NCBI GenBank assembly: GCA_049966795.1
Contig: JBMFTY010000003.1
Coordinates: 3,447 to 67,446 of the forward strand
Direction: 5' to 3'
Length of the DNA stretch: 64,000 bases
Source: Thermoplasmata archaeon
GTDB lineage: Archaea > Thermoplasmatota > Thermoplasmata > Thermoplasmatales > GCA-001856825
Below the pieces are notes generated by a model. That model was not told where the DNA came from. It was given only the letters and a program-made list of their open reading frames with translations, and made no database searches. The first letter of the stretch is position 1. The number at the start of each line of letters is the position of its first letter. A program made the position numbers and the translations under genes. Positions 11,073 through 20,398 of the stretch are shown one piece after another.

Positions 11073-11495
11073 ATGATAATAACCCTCGTTCCCCTGAGCC
11101 TCTCGAAAACAGGTGCGGTATTCCAGTATATAGCCCCGGTTCAGGAGTGCAACGTGTGCAACCTCAAGAACGTGTGCCACAACCTGAAACCGGGAGCATA
11201 TTACACAGTCTTAAAATCAAGGGAAAAGGAGCACAAATGCCTTGTGCACGAGGGCAACAAGGTTTTCACCGTTGAGGTGGAGGAAACTGAGAGAGCTCTG
11301 ATGATCCCGAAGAGCTCCGCAAAGGAAGGGGCCAAAATCACTTACCGGAAGCCTGATTGCGACGATGTTGATTGCCCACTTGCACTTGAATGCATTCTGA
11401 GCTTCGCAAGGGACCATTCCAAGGTGAAGATCAGTGGCTTAGGCTCAAAGAAATGCCCAAGAGGACTGGATCTTGTTGAGGCCAAGATAGAATGA
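11073..11495 (+). CDS. UPF0179 family Cys-rich protein
   Basis: The ITLV....L.K.G..F.Y......C..C.LK..C.NL..G..Y pattern and C-terminal ITY..P.C....CP....C match archaeal UPF0179. The start abuts the egsA stop (TGAATG). Confidence 0.6.
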   Translation: MIITLVPLSLSKTGAVFQYIAPVQECNVCNLKNVCHNLKPGAYYTVLKSREKEHKCLVHEGNKVFTVEVEETERALMIPKSSAKEGAKITYRKPDCDDVDCPLALECILSFARDHSKVKISGLGSKKCPRGLDLVEAKIE

Positions 11496-12679
11496 GCATC
11501 CTGGTTGGAATCATAGGGAAGCCAAACGTGGGAAAGAGCACCTACTTCTCCGCACTCACCGAGAATCAAGTGGAGATAGCCAACTATCCTTTTACCACAA
11601 TCGCCTCAAATAGGGGGGTGGCATACATACGGGCAAAGTGCCCAGATGCTGAGCTCGGAAAGAGGTGCAATCCAAGGTTCGGGAAGTGCATCAACAGTAC
11701 AAGAATGGTTCCAGTGGAGATAATAGATGTTGCGGGCCTTGTCCCCGGCGCCCATGAAGGAAAGGGGCTGGGGAATAAATTCCTGGACGACCTGAGAAGG
11801 GCTGACGGGTTCATCCAGGTGGTGGATGCCACCGGCTCCCTTGACAGGAACGGCAACCCCGTGAACAGCGGAACCTTCGATCCACTGGAGGACGCGGAGT
11901 TCGTTCACAGAGAAATAGTGATGTGGCTTTCTCAGATCATTTCCGACGGGCTCGACAGAGGTCTGAGGAAACTGGAGAGCGAGGGAGGGAAGCTGGAGAA
12001 CGTGATTTACGAGAGGATATCCGGCCTCGGGATAGATATAAAGGACCTTTCAATCGCAATAAAGAACACTCCGATACCATCGGATCTCAGAAAGTGGGAT
12101 GACGTAGTTACAGAAGCGCTGGCGGAAGAGATCCTCAGGATATCGAAACCCGGTATAATCGTTGCCTCTAAGGGCGACCTGATAAGCGAGGGTGATGCAA
12201 AGAAACTCGAGGAAAGGGGGGCAACTGTGGTGTCAGGGGATTATGAGCTCGTTCTGAAAAGGGCGGCGAAGGCTGGGTTCATCGATTATGTGCCAGGAGG
12301 GAGGAGCTTCACCGTCCTCAGGGACGAAAGCCTAACTGCGAATCAGAGGGAGGCGTTGAGGAAGGTATCCCTTTACCTGCAATCTAGAGGGGGGACGAAG
12401 GTTCAGGAGTCACTTGAATTCCTTGTTCACGATGTTTTGAAGCAGATCGTAGTGTATCCAGTGGAGGACGAGAATCACTGGACCGACAAGAATGGCAACG
12501 TTCTGCCTGATGCCATCCTCATGAAAAGGGGATCCACTGCGCTTGACCTGGCTTACAAGGTCCACACAGACCTCGGGGAAAGGTTCATAAGGGCTGTCAA
12601 CGGCAGGACGAAAAGGACTTTAGGCAGGGACTATGTTCTCGAGGACGGGGACGTGATCAAGATCGTTGCATCGCGCTGA
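11492..12679 (+). CDS. Obg-like GTPase/ATPase of the YchF family with C-terminal TGS-like domain
   Basis: G1 motif GIIGKPNVGKST at the extreme N-terminus, then DVAGLVPGAHEG (G3). The C-terminus ALDLAYKVHTDLGERFIRA...GDVIKI is TGS-like. There is an ATGA overlap with the upstream gene. Confidence 0.75.
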   Translation: MSILVGIIGKPNVGKSTYFSALTENQVEIANYPFTTIASNRGVAYIRAKCPDAELGKRCNPRFGKCINSTRMVPVEIIDVAGLVPGAHEGKGLGNKFLDDLRRADGFIQVVDATGSLDRNGNPVNSGTFDPLEDAEFVHREIVMWLSQIISDGLDRGLRKLESEGGKLENVIYERISGLGIDIKDLSIAIKNTPIPSDLRKWDDVVTEALAEEILRISKPGIIVASKGDLISEGDAKKLEERGATVVSGDYELVLKRAAKAGFIDYVPGGRSFTVLRDESLTANQREALRKVSLYLQSRGGTKVQESLEFLVHDVLKQIVVYPVEDENHWTDKNGNVLPDAILMKRGSTALDLAYKVHTDLGERFIRAVNGRTKRTLGRDYVLEDGDVIKIVASR

Positions 12680-13358
12680 ACTCGTCAAACAGCTCCTCGA
12701 AGTCATTCATGGAAAGCTCTTCTGGTCTCATGTCCCCGTATTTCTCCGAGTTTACAAGCCACCTTATCTTCTTCCTTCGTTGTGAGAAGAGCATTTTCAC
12801 GAAAGAATCGATCCCCTCCTTCATCTCCCCCTTCTTTCTTCTCATGCGGAGAACTGTGCTGTAGACCTTCGGTCTCGGGCTGAAGCTGTATGGAGGGATG
12901 TCAAACATCCTCTCCACGTGAAATTTCATGTTGACCATCACCGTCAGCCTTGAATACTCCTTCGTCCCGGGCTGGGCGGTCATCCTGTCTGCAACCTCCT
13001 TCTGCAGCGTGACAACCGCGACATCGAACTCGCTTCTCCAGAGCTTCTCAAGCAGTGGAGTTGAGATGGAATATGGGGTGTTGGAGATGAACACCTGGAA
13101 TTTCGGCCAATCGACCTTTAGGGCGTCTCCCTCTATGATCCTGGCACCGGGAAACATATCCCTCAGTCTCTCGGCAAATTCTCTTCTCTTCTCTATGATC
13201 GTCAGCGATTTGTAGTTCTTGATGAATCTCGTCAGCTGCCCAAGACCTCCCCCTACTTCCAATACATCCTTGCCGTCCGTGTTCACGGCGCTCACGATCT
13301 TCCTCGCAATCTCTTCATCCACGAGGAAATTTACTCCATCCCTGTTCCCCTTGGCCAT
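12657..13358 (-). CDS. rsmA: 16S rRNA (adenine-N6,N6)-dimethyltransferase KsgA/Dim1
   Basis: VNFLVD..IA.KIV......VLEVGGGLGQLT SAM motif and the NTPYSISTPL motif. Confidence 0.85.
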   Translation of the reverse strand: MAKGNRDGVNFLVDEEIARKIVSAVNTDGKDVLEVGGGLGQLTRFIKNYKSLTIIEKRREFAERLRDMFPGARIIEGDALKVDWPKFQVFISNTPYSISTPLLEKLWRSEFDVAVVTLQKEVADRMTAQPGTKEYSRLTVMVNMKFHVERMFDIPPYSFSPRPKVYSTVLRMRRKKGEMKEGIDSFVKMLFSQRRKKIRWLVNSEKYGDMRPEELSMNDFEELFDEFSAMQRS

Positions 13359-13359
13359 G

Positions 13360-13965
13360 CTAACTCGATACGAAAAGCCTATGCCTCTCTTCCTTGTTCT
13401 TGAGCTCCCTTATGATCCTTTCCGTGATCATCTTCTCAGGATCCCTCAGCCCCTTGACCCTCGCCTTGAGATCCTGGAAGCTCTTGAAGGGACCTTTCTT
13501 CCTCTCATCTAGGATCTCCCACATCAGGCTCCTCCCGACACCGTACAGAAGGTCCAGCTGATGGAGCCTGGTGGTTACGGGCTGTGCATTGTTGAAGAAG
13601 TTCACAAACCTGCCCTCATTCTTCTCAACGATCTGCCTGACTATGAATTCAAGCTCGCTCTGTGCAGCTGGAGTGAGCTCGTCGTACGAAATTCTCCGCC
13701 TCACGCTTCCTATCTTGTCTCTCTTCTCGATGTCCTTCCCTATGTACACTCTATCCCCTATTGCCAATACCCCTCCCGGCTTGGGGATCAGTTCGAAGAG
13801 TTTGAGCTCCTCCTCTCCAAGTGCAAGAACTATGGGGACCCTCTTGAATGCCTTCTCCTCCATCCTTCCCTGAGGTAGGATGTCGAGAATGTAGGCATAT
13901 TCCTCCAAAATATCACCTGCTCTTCTGCAATATCGCCAGTATTTTTTCCCCTTTCTCTGCATCAA
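13360..13965 (-). CDS. DUF655 nucleotide/RNA-binding protein (helix-hairpin-helix C-terminus)
   Basis: EEYAYILDILPQGR...LALGEE.LKLFEL.PK and a C-terminal HQLDLLYGVG HhH-like segment. The ATG at 13962 overlaps rpoF by 50 nt. An alternative TTG at 13908, just after the rpoF stop, gives MEEYAYILD. Confidence 0.7.
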   Translation of the reverse strand: MMQRKGKKYWRYCRRAGDILEEYAYILDILPQGRMEEKAFKRVPIVLALGEEELKLFELIPKPGGVLAIGDRVYIGKDIEKRDKIGSVRRRISYDELTPAAQSELEFIVRQIVEKNEGRFVNFFNNAQPVTTRLHQLDLLYGVGRSLMWEILDERKKGPFKSFQDLKARVKGLRDPEKMITERIIRELKNKEERHRLFVSS

Positions 13966-14227
13966 GGTTCTGGACGTGAGGGTAAACCACAGTCCTCAAT
14001 TCATCAAGTGTCGAAGGCATTATGTCCACTATCTTCACCGCGATATCCTGCTCCAGTCCCAATGAGATGAGCTCCTCGCACATCTTCTCAGCAGTATCCG
14101 CTTCAACCTTTGAAAATTTGCTCAGATGCCTCAGTGCTGATGCCTGTATCGGTGTCAGCTCCCTTGTGCTGGATGCCTCTGCGAGCATTTCCTTTGCCTT
14201 TGCCAAGGGAATGTAGGTGATCTTCAT
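13913..14227 (-). CDS. rpoF: DNA-directed RNA polymerase subunit F (Rpo4)
   Basis: 104 aa helical protein in the conserved position between L21e and DUF655/KsgA. The sequence (PLAKAKEML...LRHLSKFSK...A.K...EL..LGL....AVKIVDI.P....ELR) resembles Rpo4. Confidence 0.75.
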   Translation of the reverse strand: MKITYIPLAKAKEMLAEASSTRELTPIQASALRHLSKFSKVEADTAEKMCEELISLGLEQDIAVKIVDIMPSTLDELRTVVYPHVQNLDAEKGEKILAILQKSR

Positions 14228-14236
14228 AAACTCAAT

Positions 14237-14527
14237 TCACACCCTCTTCAGGTGCACTGGATATGCAATCACGGACTTGGGCTTCCCCTGGTCCCTTATG
14301 CTGACGAGATATGCATCCCCTCTCCTTTCCTCAACAATGCCAGTTAACCCCTGGAACCTCTTGAATGGCATACCCTTGTGAACCGATGGTTCAATATCTA
14401 TGGCTACCCTATCTCCCACCTCGAACCTTCTTATTATCCTGTTGACAGTTAGTGGTCCCTTCTCCTTTGGCTTCTTCCTTAGCTTCGACCTGGTCTTGGA
14501 TCTAGGACCATGAGACATTTTTGCCAT
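14237..14527 (-). CDS. rpl21e: 50S ribosomal protein L21e
   Basis: MSHGPRSKTRSKL...F.VGD.V.I...PS.HKGMP...F.G.TG.V is typical of L21e. Confidence 0.95.
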   Translation of the reverse strand: MAKMSHGPRSKTRSKLRKKPKEKGPLTVNRIIRRFEVGDRVAIDIEPSVHKGMPFKRFQGLTGIVEERRGDAYLVSIRDQGKPKSVIAYPVHLKRV

Positions 14528-14538
14528 CTTGCCATCCC

Positions 14539-15597
14539 CTATTTAACTCTGAGCACATTAAGATAATCTATTTTAACGTTTACTTTTAAATCCCCTGAGA
14601 TGCTTGGCTCCGTTCTGCCTGAATCCCCCGTTATGAATTCCTTCACGTACGTTCCAGCTTCCGCTTCAACGATAATCGTGACGGAACTGCCGGAATGCTC
14701 AATGACATTCAAGCTCTCAATTCTTCTCTTCCTCACAATGTCCCTTCTTATGGGGAGAACCCTGGAGGGTGTTCGCTGCGATATGCAGATGCCTGAATAC
14801 GATTTAAGCTTCTCCAACACGTGGCGATCAACATTTCCGTCCATCGTGAACTTCACCTCGTAGACCTTGTTTGGGCGCATGCTCTTAAGCGCGTTCACTT
14901 CCTCCGACCCCAGGATCTTCGCATCCAAAACATCCACCCTTCCTTCGGATTCCTCCTGTATCCTCTTCCTTAGTTCCTCAGAGTCTAGAGACCTCTTTTT
15001 CGGTTGAATAACTTCCACGTAGAACGGCCTCCCATCGCCTAGCATGAGGGCATCAACGTCCTCCCTTCCTGAGGCATAGAAGACGTAGTCCCTTCCCTCA
15101 AGAAGGACCGCTGCGGCCTCTCCTATGAATTCGGAGATGGATTTCCCCACTCTTCCAGGAGCGGGGGATATCCAGGGGGACTGCGGTATCCCCCTGGCCT
15201 TCTTCAGATATCTGCCCCCAACGAAAACAGGCCTGACCCATATGTCATAGGACATCGTCCTCTGATTCACTGTGAACACCACATCAGGCTGGGAGAAATC
15301 TGCCCTGAGGTTCATATCCTTCTCTATCCTGGAGCCGAGCCTGTACTCAAACTCCTTCTTGAAATTCCTGCAATCCCTTTTGGTTTCCTGCATGATCTTC
15401 AAATCCCTGGACAGCGCATCCTCGTCTGCCTTCACCCCTATGAGAAACGTCCTGAACTCATATCCCTCCGTAGCGGCAATGAACATATCAAAGAATTCCT
15501 GGACATGCTGCAGCAGGCCACCGCAGTACTCGCATTTTCCCTGTTCGGCGCTCCCTTCTATCCCGAGCCTCTCAATGCATGCGGAGCAGACCGGCAT
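14539..15597 (-). CDS. pus10: tRNA pseudouridine synthase Pus10
   Basis: N-terminal Cys4 zinc module (CSACIERL...CEYCGG) followed by THUMP-like and catalytic domains (ASGREDVD.LMLG.GRPF..E). It sits in the conserved position next to L21e. Confidence 0.8.
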   Translation of the reverse strand: MPVCSACIERLGIEGSAEQGKCEYCGGLLQHVQEFFDMFIAATEGYEFRTFLIGVKADEDALSRDLKIMQETKRDCRNFKKEFEYRLGSRIEKDMNLRADFSQPDVVFTVNQRTMSYDIWVRPVFVGGRYLKKARGIPQSPWISPAPGRVGKSISEFIGEAAAVLLEGRDYVFYASGREDVDALMLGDGRPFYVEVIQPKKRSLDSEELRKRIQEESEGRVDVLDAKILGSEEVNALKSMRPNKVYEVKFTMDGNVDRHVLEKLKSYSGICISQRTPSRVLPIRRDIVRKRRIESLNVIEHSGSSVTIIVEAEAGTYVKEFITGDSGRTEPSISGDLKVNVKIDYLNVLRVK

Positions 15598-15729
15598 CTA
15601 CTTTACTTCTACCGTCTTTACTACGTTCCCAGGGACCCTGATGAAGACTTTGGAACCGCACTCGCATTCAAACTGCGCCGTGTCGTTCTCGTCCTTCAGT
15701 TCCCTCCCGCACCTAACGCACTTAAACAT
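15598..15729 (-). CDS. rpoP: DNA-directed RNA polymerase subunit P (Rpo12)
   Basis: Absent from the ORF track because it is under 60 aa. Hand translation gives MFKCVRCGRELKDENDTAQFECECGSKVFIRVPGNVVKTVEVK, 43 aa with a zinc ribbon. The ATG overlaps the L37Ae stop by 8 nt and the stop abuts the Pus10 ATG. Confidence 0.8.
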   Translation of the reverse strand: MFKCVRCGRELKDENDTAQFECECGSKVFIRVPGNVVKTVEVK

Positions 15730-15979
15730 TCTCCAGGTTCACCTTCCTGAATTCAGTGTTGACTTCAGGGGAATAGGCATCTCCGACAAACTCAAAACCG
15801 CACTTCCTGCAGGCCCATATCCCTGGATGAACCCTTTTCACAGAAACGTGGTGGCATCTGGGGCATACGTATGAAGCCTTCCTCAGGTTCTCCATCTCCA
15901 GCCACCTCTTCTTGACAGTGGAACCGTAACGCGGACCGAATCTTCCAGCGCTCCCTACCTTCTTAGTCTTCCTTGCCAT
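15722..15979 (-). CDS. rpl37ae: 50S ribosomal protein L37Ae (L43e)
   Basis: KKVGSAGRFGPRYG...Y.CP.C.......R...GIW.C.KCG..F.G.AY is a canonical L37Ae zinc ribbon. Confidence 0.95.
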   Translation of the reverse strand: MARKTKKVGSAGRFGPRYGSTVKKRWLEMENLRKASYVCPRCHHVSVKRVHPGIWACRKCGFEFVGDAYSPEVNTEFRKVNLENV

Positions 15980-15983
15980 GGGC

Positions 15984-16769
15984 TCACTTCCTGATCAACC
16001 TCTCCCTAATATCCTTTCCCAATCTTATCGACGTGTCAACAGCCGCAAAGAGCTCCTCCTCCGTTATGCTTCCCCCGAGGCCCTTCTGCATCGCAACCAC
16101 GTCACCGTTTTCATCAGTTGCCACTGAAAGCCTTGCGCTTGCAACTTCCTCCTCCTCCAGGCACGGGTCTGCGACGAGGGAAGAACCTATCTTCGCAAAT
16201 GTCACTGTTATTGGAACATGGCTCACCGGCAGTGGGTAATCCGCCTGTCCTATCTTGGAGGCGGGTACCTTGGCTGTCAAAAGTGCGGCAACCGCCCCGA
16301 GGGCACTGGCGTCTATCAGGTTTCCGTCGTAGTCAAGGACATGAATGTCGACGAAGACGACCCACACCTTATTTCCCTCCTCGATGACAAGCTTGTCTAA
16401 GTCTATCATCTTCGATTCCCTTATCCCTCGATCCACGACCCTCGCCAGCTCTATGGAATCTTCATTGGGCGGCCCTGATTCGAACGTTGGTGAGGCCATG
16501 GGAAGAAGTTCCGCGTTCGTTGTCAGTATCCCTGAATTTGGCGTGTCGGGGAACGGCTCACCCTGCTCCACCTTCACACCGACCAGAACCCGTGTGTCTC
16601 CGAGCCTAACTTCTGCGGACCCTTCAGCCCGTGGGACGAAATTCGTCGTGACTGTGAATTTCCTTATCTCGTCAAATTTCCTCCCATCTATCCTGTTTCC
16701 CTGTTGGGATATCTTTTCCAGGTATTCTCTCTTCAGGCCGTAAACTATCTCGTCAGAACTCTTACTCAT
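15984..16769 (-). CDS. rrp42: exosome complex component Rrp42
   Basis: RNase PH-like protein ([12 protein letters not shown]...V.T......EGSA.V.LG.T.VL.G.K) directly downstream of Rrp41. Confidence 0.9.
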   Translation of the reverse strand: MSKSSDEIVYGLKREYLEKISQQGNRIDGRKFDEIRKFTVTTNFVPRAEGSAEVRLGDTRVLVGVKVEQGEPFPDTPNSGILTTNAELLPMASPTFESGPPNEDSIELARVVDRGIRESKMIDLDKLVIEEGNKVWVVFVDIHVLDYDGNLIDASALGAVAALLTAKVPASKIGQADYPLPVSHVPITVTFAKIGSSLVADPCLEEEEVASARLSVATDENGDVVAMQKGLGGSITEEELFAAVDTSIRLGKDIRERLIRK

Positions 16770-17520
16770 TTCTCTCGACCTCCTTCTCCTCCCCCTCCTT
16801 GTACTTCGCCAGGAGCGCCTGTCTCTGCAGATTGGCGATATACAGGGACGCCTTCTTCGACATCTCTACAGCTTCCCTAAGCTCGTCCCTGGTCATATGG
16901 CCGTCCATTTGAAGGAGCACTATCTCCTGCGTTCTCGGTATTATTGCCATTGGAAGGTCTGCTTCCCCGTAGTTGTCCTCCTCCTTGTTCAGGTCAAGGA
17001 CAACATGACCGTCTATCTTCCCAGCTGCGCAGCCGACGACCATGTCCCTCATCGGTATACCTGCGTCCACTAGCGCAACCGATGCAGCCGTGAGACCTGC
17101 GATCCTTGTCCCCGCATCCGCCTGGAGGACCTCTATGTACACATCGATGCTCGTCCTCGGGAACTGCTCCGTGAATATCGCGGATTCCAGTGCCTCCCCT
17201 ATCACCTTGCTTATCTCCACCGCCCTCCTGTCTGGACCTGGCCTCTTCCTCTCGTCCACGGAGAATGCGGCCATGTTGTACCTGGCGTTTATCACAGCTC
17301 TCGACGGATTCTGCGTGTGTTTAGGAAACGCTTCCCTTGGTCCGTATACTGCAACCAGTACCTTGTTTCCTCCCCATTCAATGTACGCGGATCCATCCGC
17401 CCTGTTCAGTATTCCTGCCTCTATCCTTATGGGACGGAGTTCGTTGAACTTCCTCCCGTCTATTCTCAACCCCTCCTCATTTATCAGCTTTATACTACCA
17501 ACCATGCCCAATTCCATCAC
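16762..17520 (-). CDS. rrp41: exosome complex exonuclease Rrp41
   Basis: RNase PH domain with [13 protein letters not shown]......G...[18 protein letters not shown] and the DAGTR active-site motif. Confidence 0.9.
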   Translation of the reverse strand: MMELGMVGSIKLINEEGLRIDGRKFNELRPIRIEAGILNRADGSAYIEWGGNKVLVAVYGPREAFPKHTQNPSRAVINARYNMAAFSVDERKRPGPDRRAVEISKVIGEALESAIFTEQFPRTSIDVYIEVLQADAGTRIAGLTAASVALVDAGIPMRDMVVGCAAGKIDGHVVLDLNKEEDNYGEADLPMAIIPRTQEIVLLQMDGHMTRDELREAVEMSKKASLYIANLQRQALLAKYKEGEEKEVERNE

Positions 17521-18188
17521 CTACTTTCCTCCAACATCCTCTTTACCCGGTCGGTGAGACCCGAAGTATGGGCCTCCTTCTCGATGTATCGAAGAGCCTT
17601 TCTCACTACGAGAAGCTTGTCTGCCTGTCCGTCCAGCCAGACAACCCCGTTCTGCCCAAGCTGTATCTTAACCCCCGTAAGCTCTTTGATAAGGTTCACC
17701 ATTGAGCCCCCTTTCCCTATGATCCTTGACACCTTTGTGGGCTGCACCATTATGATGTGACCCCCTTCTAGCTTCCTGAGGCCCGCATCCTTCATAGAGA
17801 GCCATATCTGCCTGGATTCCGTGATCTCGTTCACCTTAGCGAATACCGTGTCTCCCGTGCCAAGGATTTTGCTCAGGTCCTGGTCAGCGTTCTTCCACGG
17901 AGTATCGTTTATGTGAAGAAAGCCGGGATACGGACCCCTTATGTCCATTATCCAGAATGACGGCGCGATGTCTATGACCTTCGCTATCACCCTGTCGTTC
18001 CTCACTGGGTAGTACTTCCCCGAAAGCGGGATTATGTTCGCGTAGTTGTTGTACGTCTGCAGCACGCCCATCTGGTACGCGTAGTACTTCCCGTTTTCGT
18101 GGTATATTCCGTTCCCCTGTTTCATCCCTCCTAAATCAATCTCCTCGCCCGGTAAAACAATCCTTCTCTCCGTATCCAACACATTCAC
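17517..18188 (-). CDS. rrp4: exosome complex RNA-binding protein Rrp4
   Basis: Architecture of N-terminal domain, S1 and KH ([18 protein letters not shown]), in the conserved position upstream of Rrp41. Confidence 0.9.
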   Translation of the reverse strand: MNVLDTERRIVLPGEEIDLGGMKQGNGIYHENGKYYAYQMGVLQTYNNYANIIPLSGKYYPVRNDRVIAKVIDIAPSFWIMDIRGPYPGFLHINDTPWKNADQDLSKILGTGDTVFAKVNEITESRQIWLSMKDAGLRKLEGGHIIMVQPTKVSRIIGKGGSMVNLIKELTGVKIQLGQNGVVWLDGQADKLLVVRKALRYIEKEAHTSGLTDRVKRMLEESR

Positions 18189-18190
18189 CT

Positions 18191-18886
18191 CTATTTAACC
18201 AACCTAATGTTCACGTTCCCCTTCGTTCTTTTGTTGAGGAAATCGTAAAGCTGATCCTGGATGCCAGCGGGTATCTCAACCACCGCATTATAATTACCAT
18301 TGTTCTTCCACTCCTCTTTCAGTATCTGGCCCATCCTCGTTAGCTCGGAATATATCTTCCCGTATTCATTCCCTGGAATCTCTATCTCCATCTTCACATG
18401 CTCGAATTTTATTGGCAAAAGAACCCTTATAGCCTTCAGCACATCGTTAACCTGTTCTTCCGCGCTCTTGAACGGGTCCACCCTCACCTTCGCCTCCTCC
18501 ATTGCCTTCTCTATCCTCTGGGGAGGGTGAGGGGCGCCTGTCTGCGGATTCAGTGATTCTCTGGATATTATCTCGACGATCTGCCTCTTCTTCTCTTCCA
18601 GCATCTTTCTTCTCTGCTCGGTGGTGAGCTGAACCTGCCCGCGCTTCACGATTTCCGAGACCACCGTCGCAAAATCATCTGTCCCGAATACCTCCTTTAT
18701 CACCTCTTCAGATGCCCTGTCTCCCTTGCTGCTGTCCTTGAATATTTCGTCCACCGCAAGGTAGTCCGTTACATTCACACTCTTTCCTGATTTTACAAGG
18801 TCTACAAGCCTCTGGTCAATGAGAACCTCAAACCTGTGACCCTTTGATTCGTATCTGGCTACCAGAGCATCCTCTACCTTGACCAT
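18191..18886 (-). CDS. SBDS-family ribosome maturation protein (Sdo1)
   Basis: ARYESKGHRFEVLID......K.G......D.L....IF.D..KGD.AS is typical of the SBDS N-terminal FYSH domain. Confidence 0.9.
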   Translation of the reverse strand: MVKVEDALVARYESKGHRFEVLIDQRLVDLVKSGKSVNVTDYLAVDEIFKDSSKGDRASEEVIKEVFGTDDFATVVSEIVKRGQVQLTTEQRRKMLEEKKRQIVEIISRESLNPQTGAPHPPQRIEKAMEEAKVRVDPFKSAEEQVNDVLKAIRVLLPIKFEHVKMEIEIPGNEYGKIYSELTRMGQILKEEWKNNGNYNAVVEIPAGIQDQLYDFLNKRTKGNVNIRLVK

Positions 18887-18895
18887 TCTGCCCTC

Positions 18896-19606
18896 TCACT
18901 TAAGGCCCGTGAGCTTGCTGGCTTCCTCGGTAGAAAGTATCCTGAACTTCTGGCCTCTTGTGATCACCCCAACGCTCACAGTCCCGAGGGTCTGGCCCTG
19001 TTCGAGGCCCGCTTTGAGCGCCTTCACTCCGAGGTCTGCTGCCTCCTTGAGATTCATGTTGCTCCTGTATTCCTTCTCAAGCAGCTCCATTGCGGCATCC
19101 CTTCCATACCCGATCGCGTCCGCCTTGTAACCGGTTGAAAGACCGGACGGGTCCGTTTCATAGAGGCTTATTCCCGTCTCGTCTATCCCCGTGATAAGAA
19201 GGGAAGCGCCGAAAGGTCTTACCCCTCCGTACTGGGTGTACTGCTGAAGAAGGTCGCATACCTTCTTGACAAGAGACTCAACAATGATCTCCTGACCATA
19301 GGTGACCTTCTCGGACTGTGCCTGAAGCCTTGCGTGATCTATGAGAATCCTTGCGTCTCCTATAAGACCGGAAGTGGCAGCTCCTATGTGACCGTCTATC
19401 GTGAATATCTTCTCTATGCTCCTCTCATCAATAAGGCCGCTCTTTATTCTCTTGTCCGCCAGCAGTATCGCGCCGTCGCTGAATATTATGCCTATCGCAG
19501 TGGTACCCCTCTTCACAGCCTCTCTAGCGTACTCAACCTGGAAGAGTCTCCCGTCCGGCGAGAATACTGTAATAGCTCTATCATAAGCCATCTGTGCTGA
19601 TTGCAT
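18896..19606 (-). CDS. psmA: proteasome subunit alpha
   Basis: YDRAITVFSPDGRLFQVEYAREAVKRGTTA.G is the canonical alpha-subunit N-terminus. Confidence 0.95.
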   Translation of the reverse strand: MQSAQMAYDRAITVFSPDGRLFQVEYAREAVKRGTTAIGIIFSDGAILLADKRIKSGLIDERSIEKIFTIDGHIGAATSGLIGDARILIDHARLQAQSEKVTYGQEIIVESLVKKVCDLLQQYTQYGGVRPFGASLLITGIDETGISLYETDPSGLSTGYKADAIGYGRDAAMELLEKEYRSNMNLKEAADLGVKALKAGLEQGQTLGTVSVGVITRGQKFRILSTEEASKLTGLK

Positions 19607-19678
19607 TATTCCACCTACTTTCTCCGTATATGTTAACGGAGTAATAAACCTTTATGAGCCTTCCCTCATGAAATACGT

Positions 19679-20398
19679 TCAGACCCTGAAGAGCTCTAGG
19701 GCCTCGCCCTCCTGGAAGTGAAGTTCCCCCGGTATCACTATTGTCACCGGCGTTATCCCTCTCATGTTTCTTATCTTCCCTATTTCACCAAAGGCCAGTT
19801 TTTCGTCCTTGGTTCCCAGGGCCATAACAACGCCAATTTCCCTTTCATCCTTCACTATCCCTTTGTTAATCTGTGATTCCATCCACTGCAGCTCTTCTAT
19901 TGCTTCCTCAATTGTCATTGGCGGCTCCGTGTCGAGGAGCACTACTGTGTGAAGCCCCCTGGATATGTTATCGAGAATCTTGTCATAGGGGGAGGTTGGC
20001 CTGAAGGCCGCGCTGAAGCGAGGCAGCGAAACAGGCGGGCCAATCTTGTAAAGATGGAGGCCAAGGCGAGTTGCGGCAGAGGGGAATATGGAGGAGTTGT
20101 GGAAAACTTTCACCGTTAAACCTCTGTGCACAGCCTCCTTGTATATGGCGAAATGGGTTGTGGCAGAAAAAGAATCTCCGGGGATCACTATTGCCACGTC
20201 TTCCTCACCCAGCATCCACTGAAAGTCCTCAAGGTCCTTCCTTTTGGCGAAGAAGAGTTCTTTGCCCCTGAATTCCCTGAGATAGTTCGGAGATGTGTAC
20301 GTATCCACTACTATCTTCGCGCATTCTTCCATGAAGGAAATCTCCTCCCATGTCAAGCTGTAGGGAGGGTTGAAACCTGATGAAATGAAACCTATCAT
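19679..20398 (-). CDS. dphB: diphthine synthase
   Basis: Tetrapyrrole-methylase fold with VVDTYTS...VAIVIPGD...ATTH........G..V.V.HN.SI and IGPPVSLP. Confidence 0.8.
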   Translation of the reverse strand: MIGFISSGFNPPYSLTWEEISFMEECAKIVVDTYTSPNYLREFRGKELFFAKRKDLEDFQWMLGEEDVAIVIPGDSFSATTHFAIYKEAVHRGLTVKVFHNSSIFPSAATRLGLHLYKIGPPVSLPRFSAAFRPTSPYDKILDNISRGLHTVVLLDTEPPMTIEEAIEELQWMESQINKGIVKDEREIGVVMALGTKDEKLAFGEIGKIRNMRGITPVTIVIPGELHFQEGEALELFRV

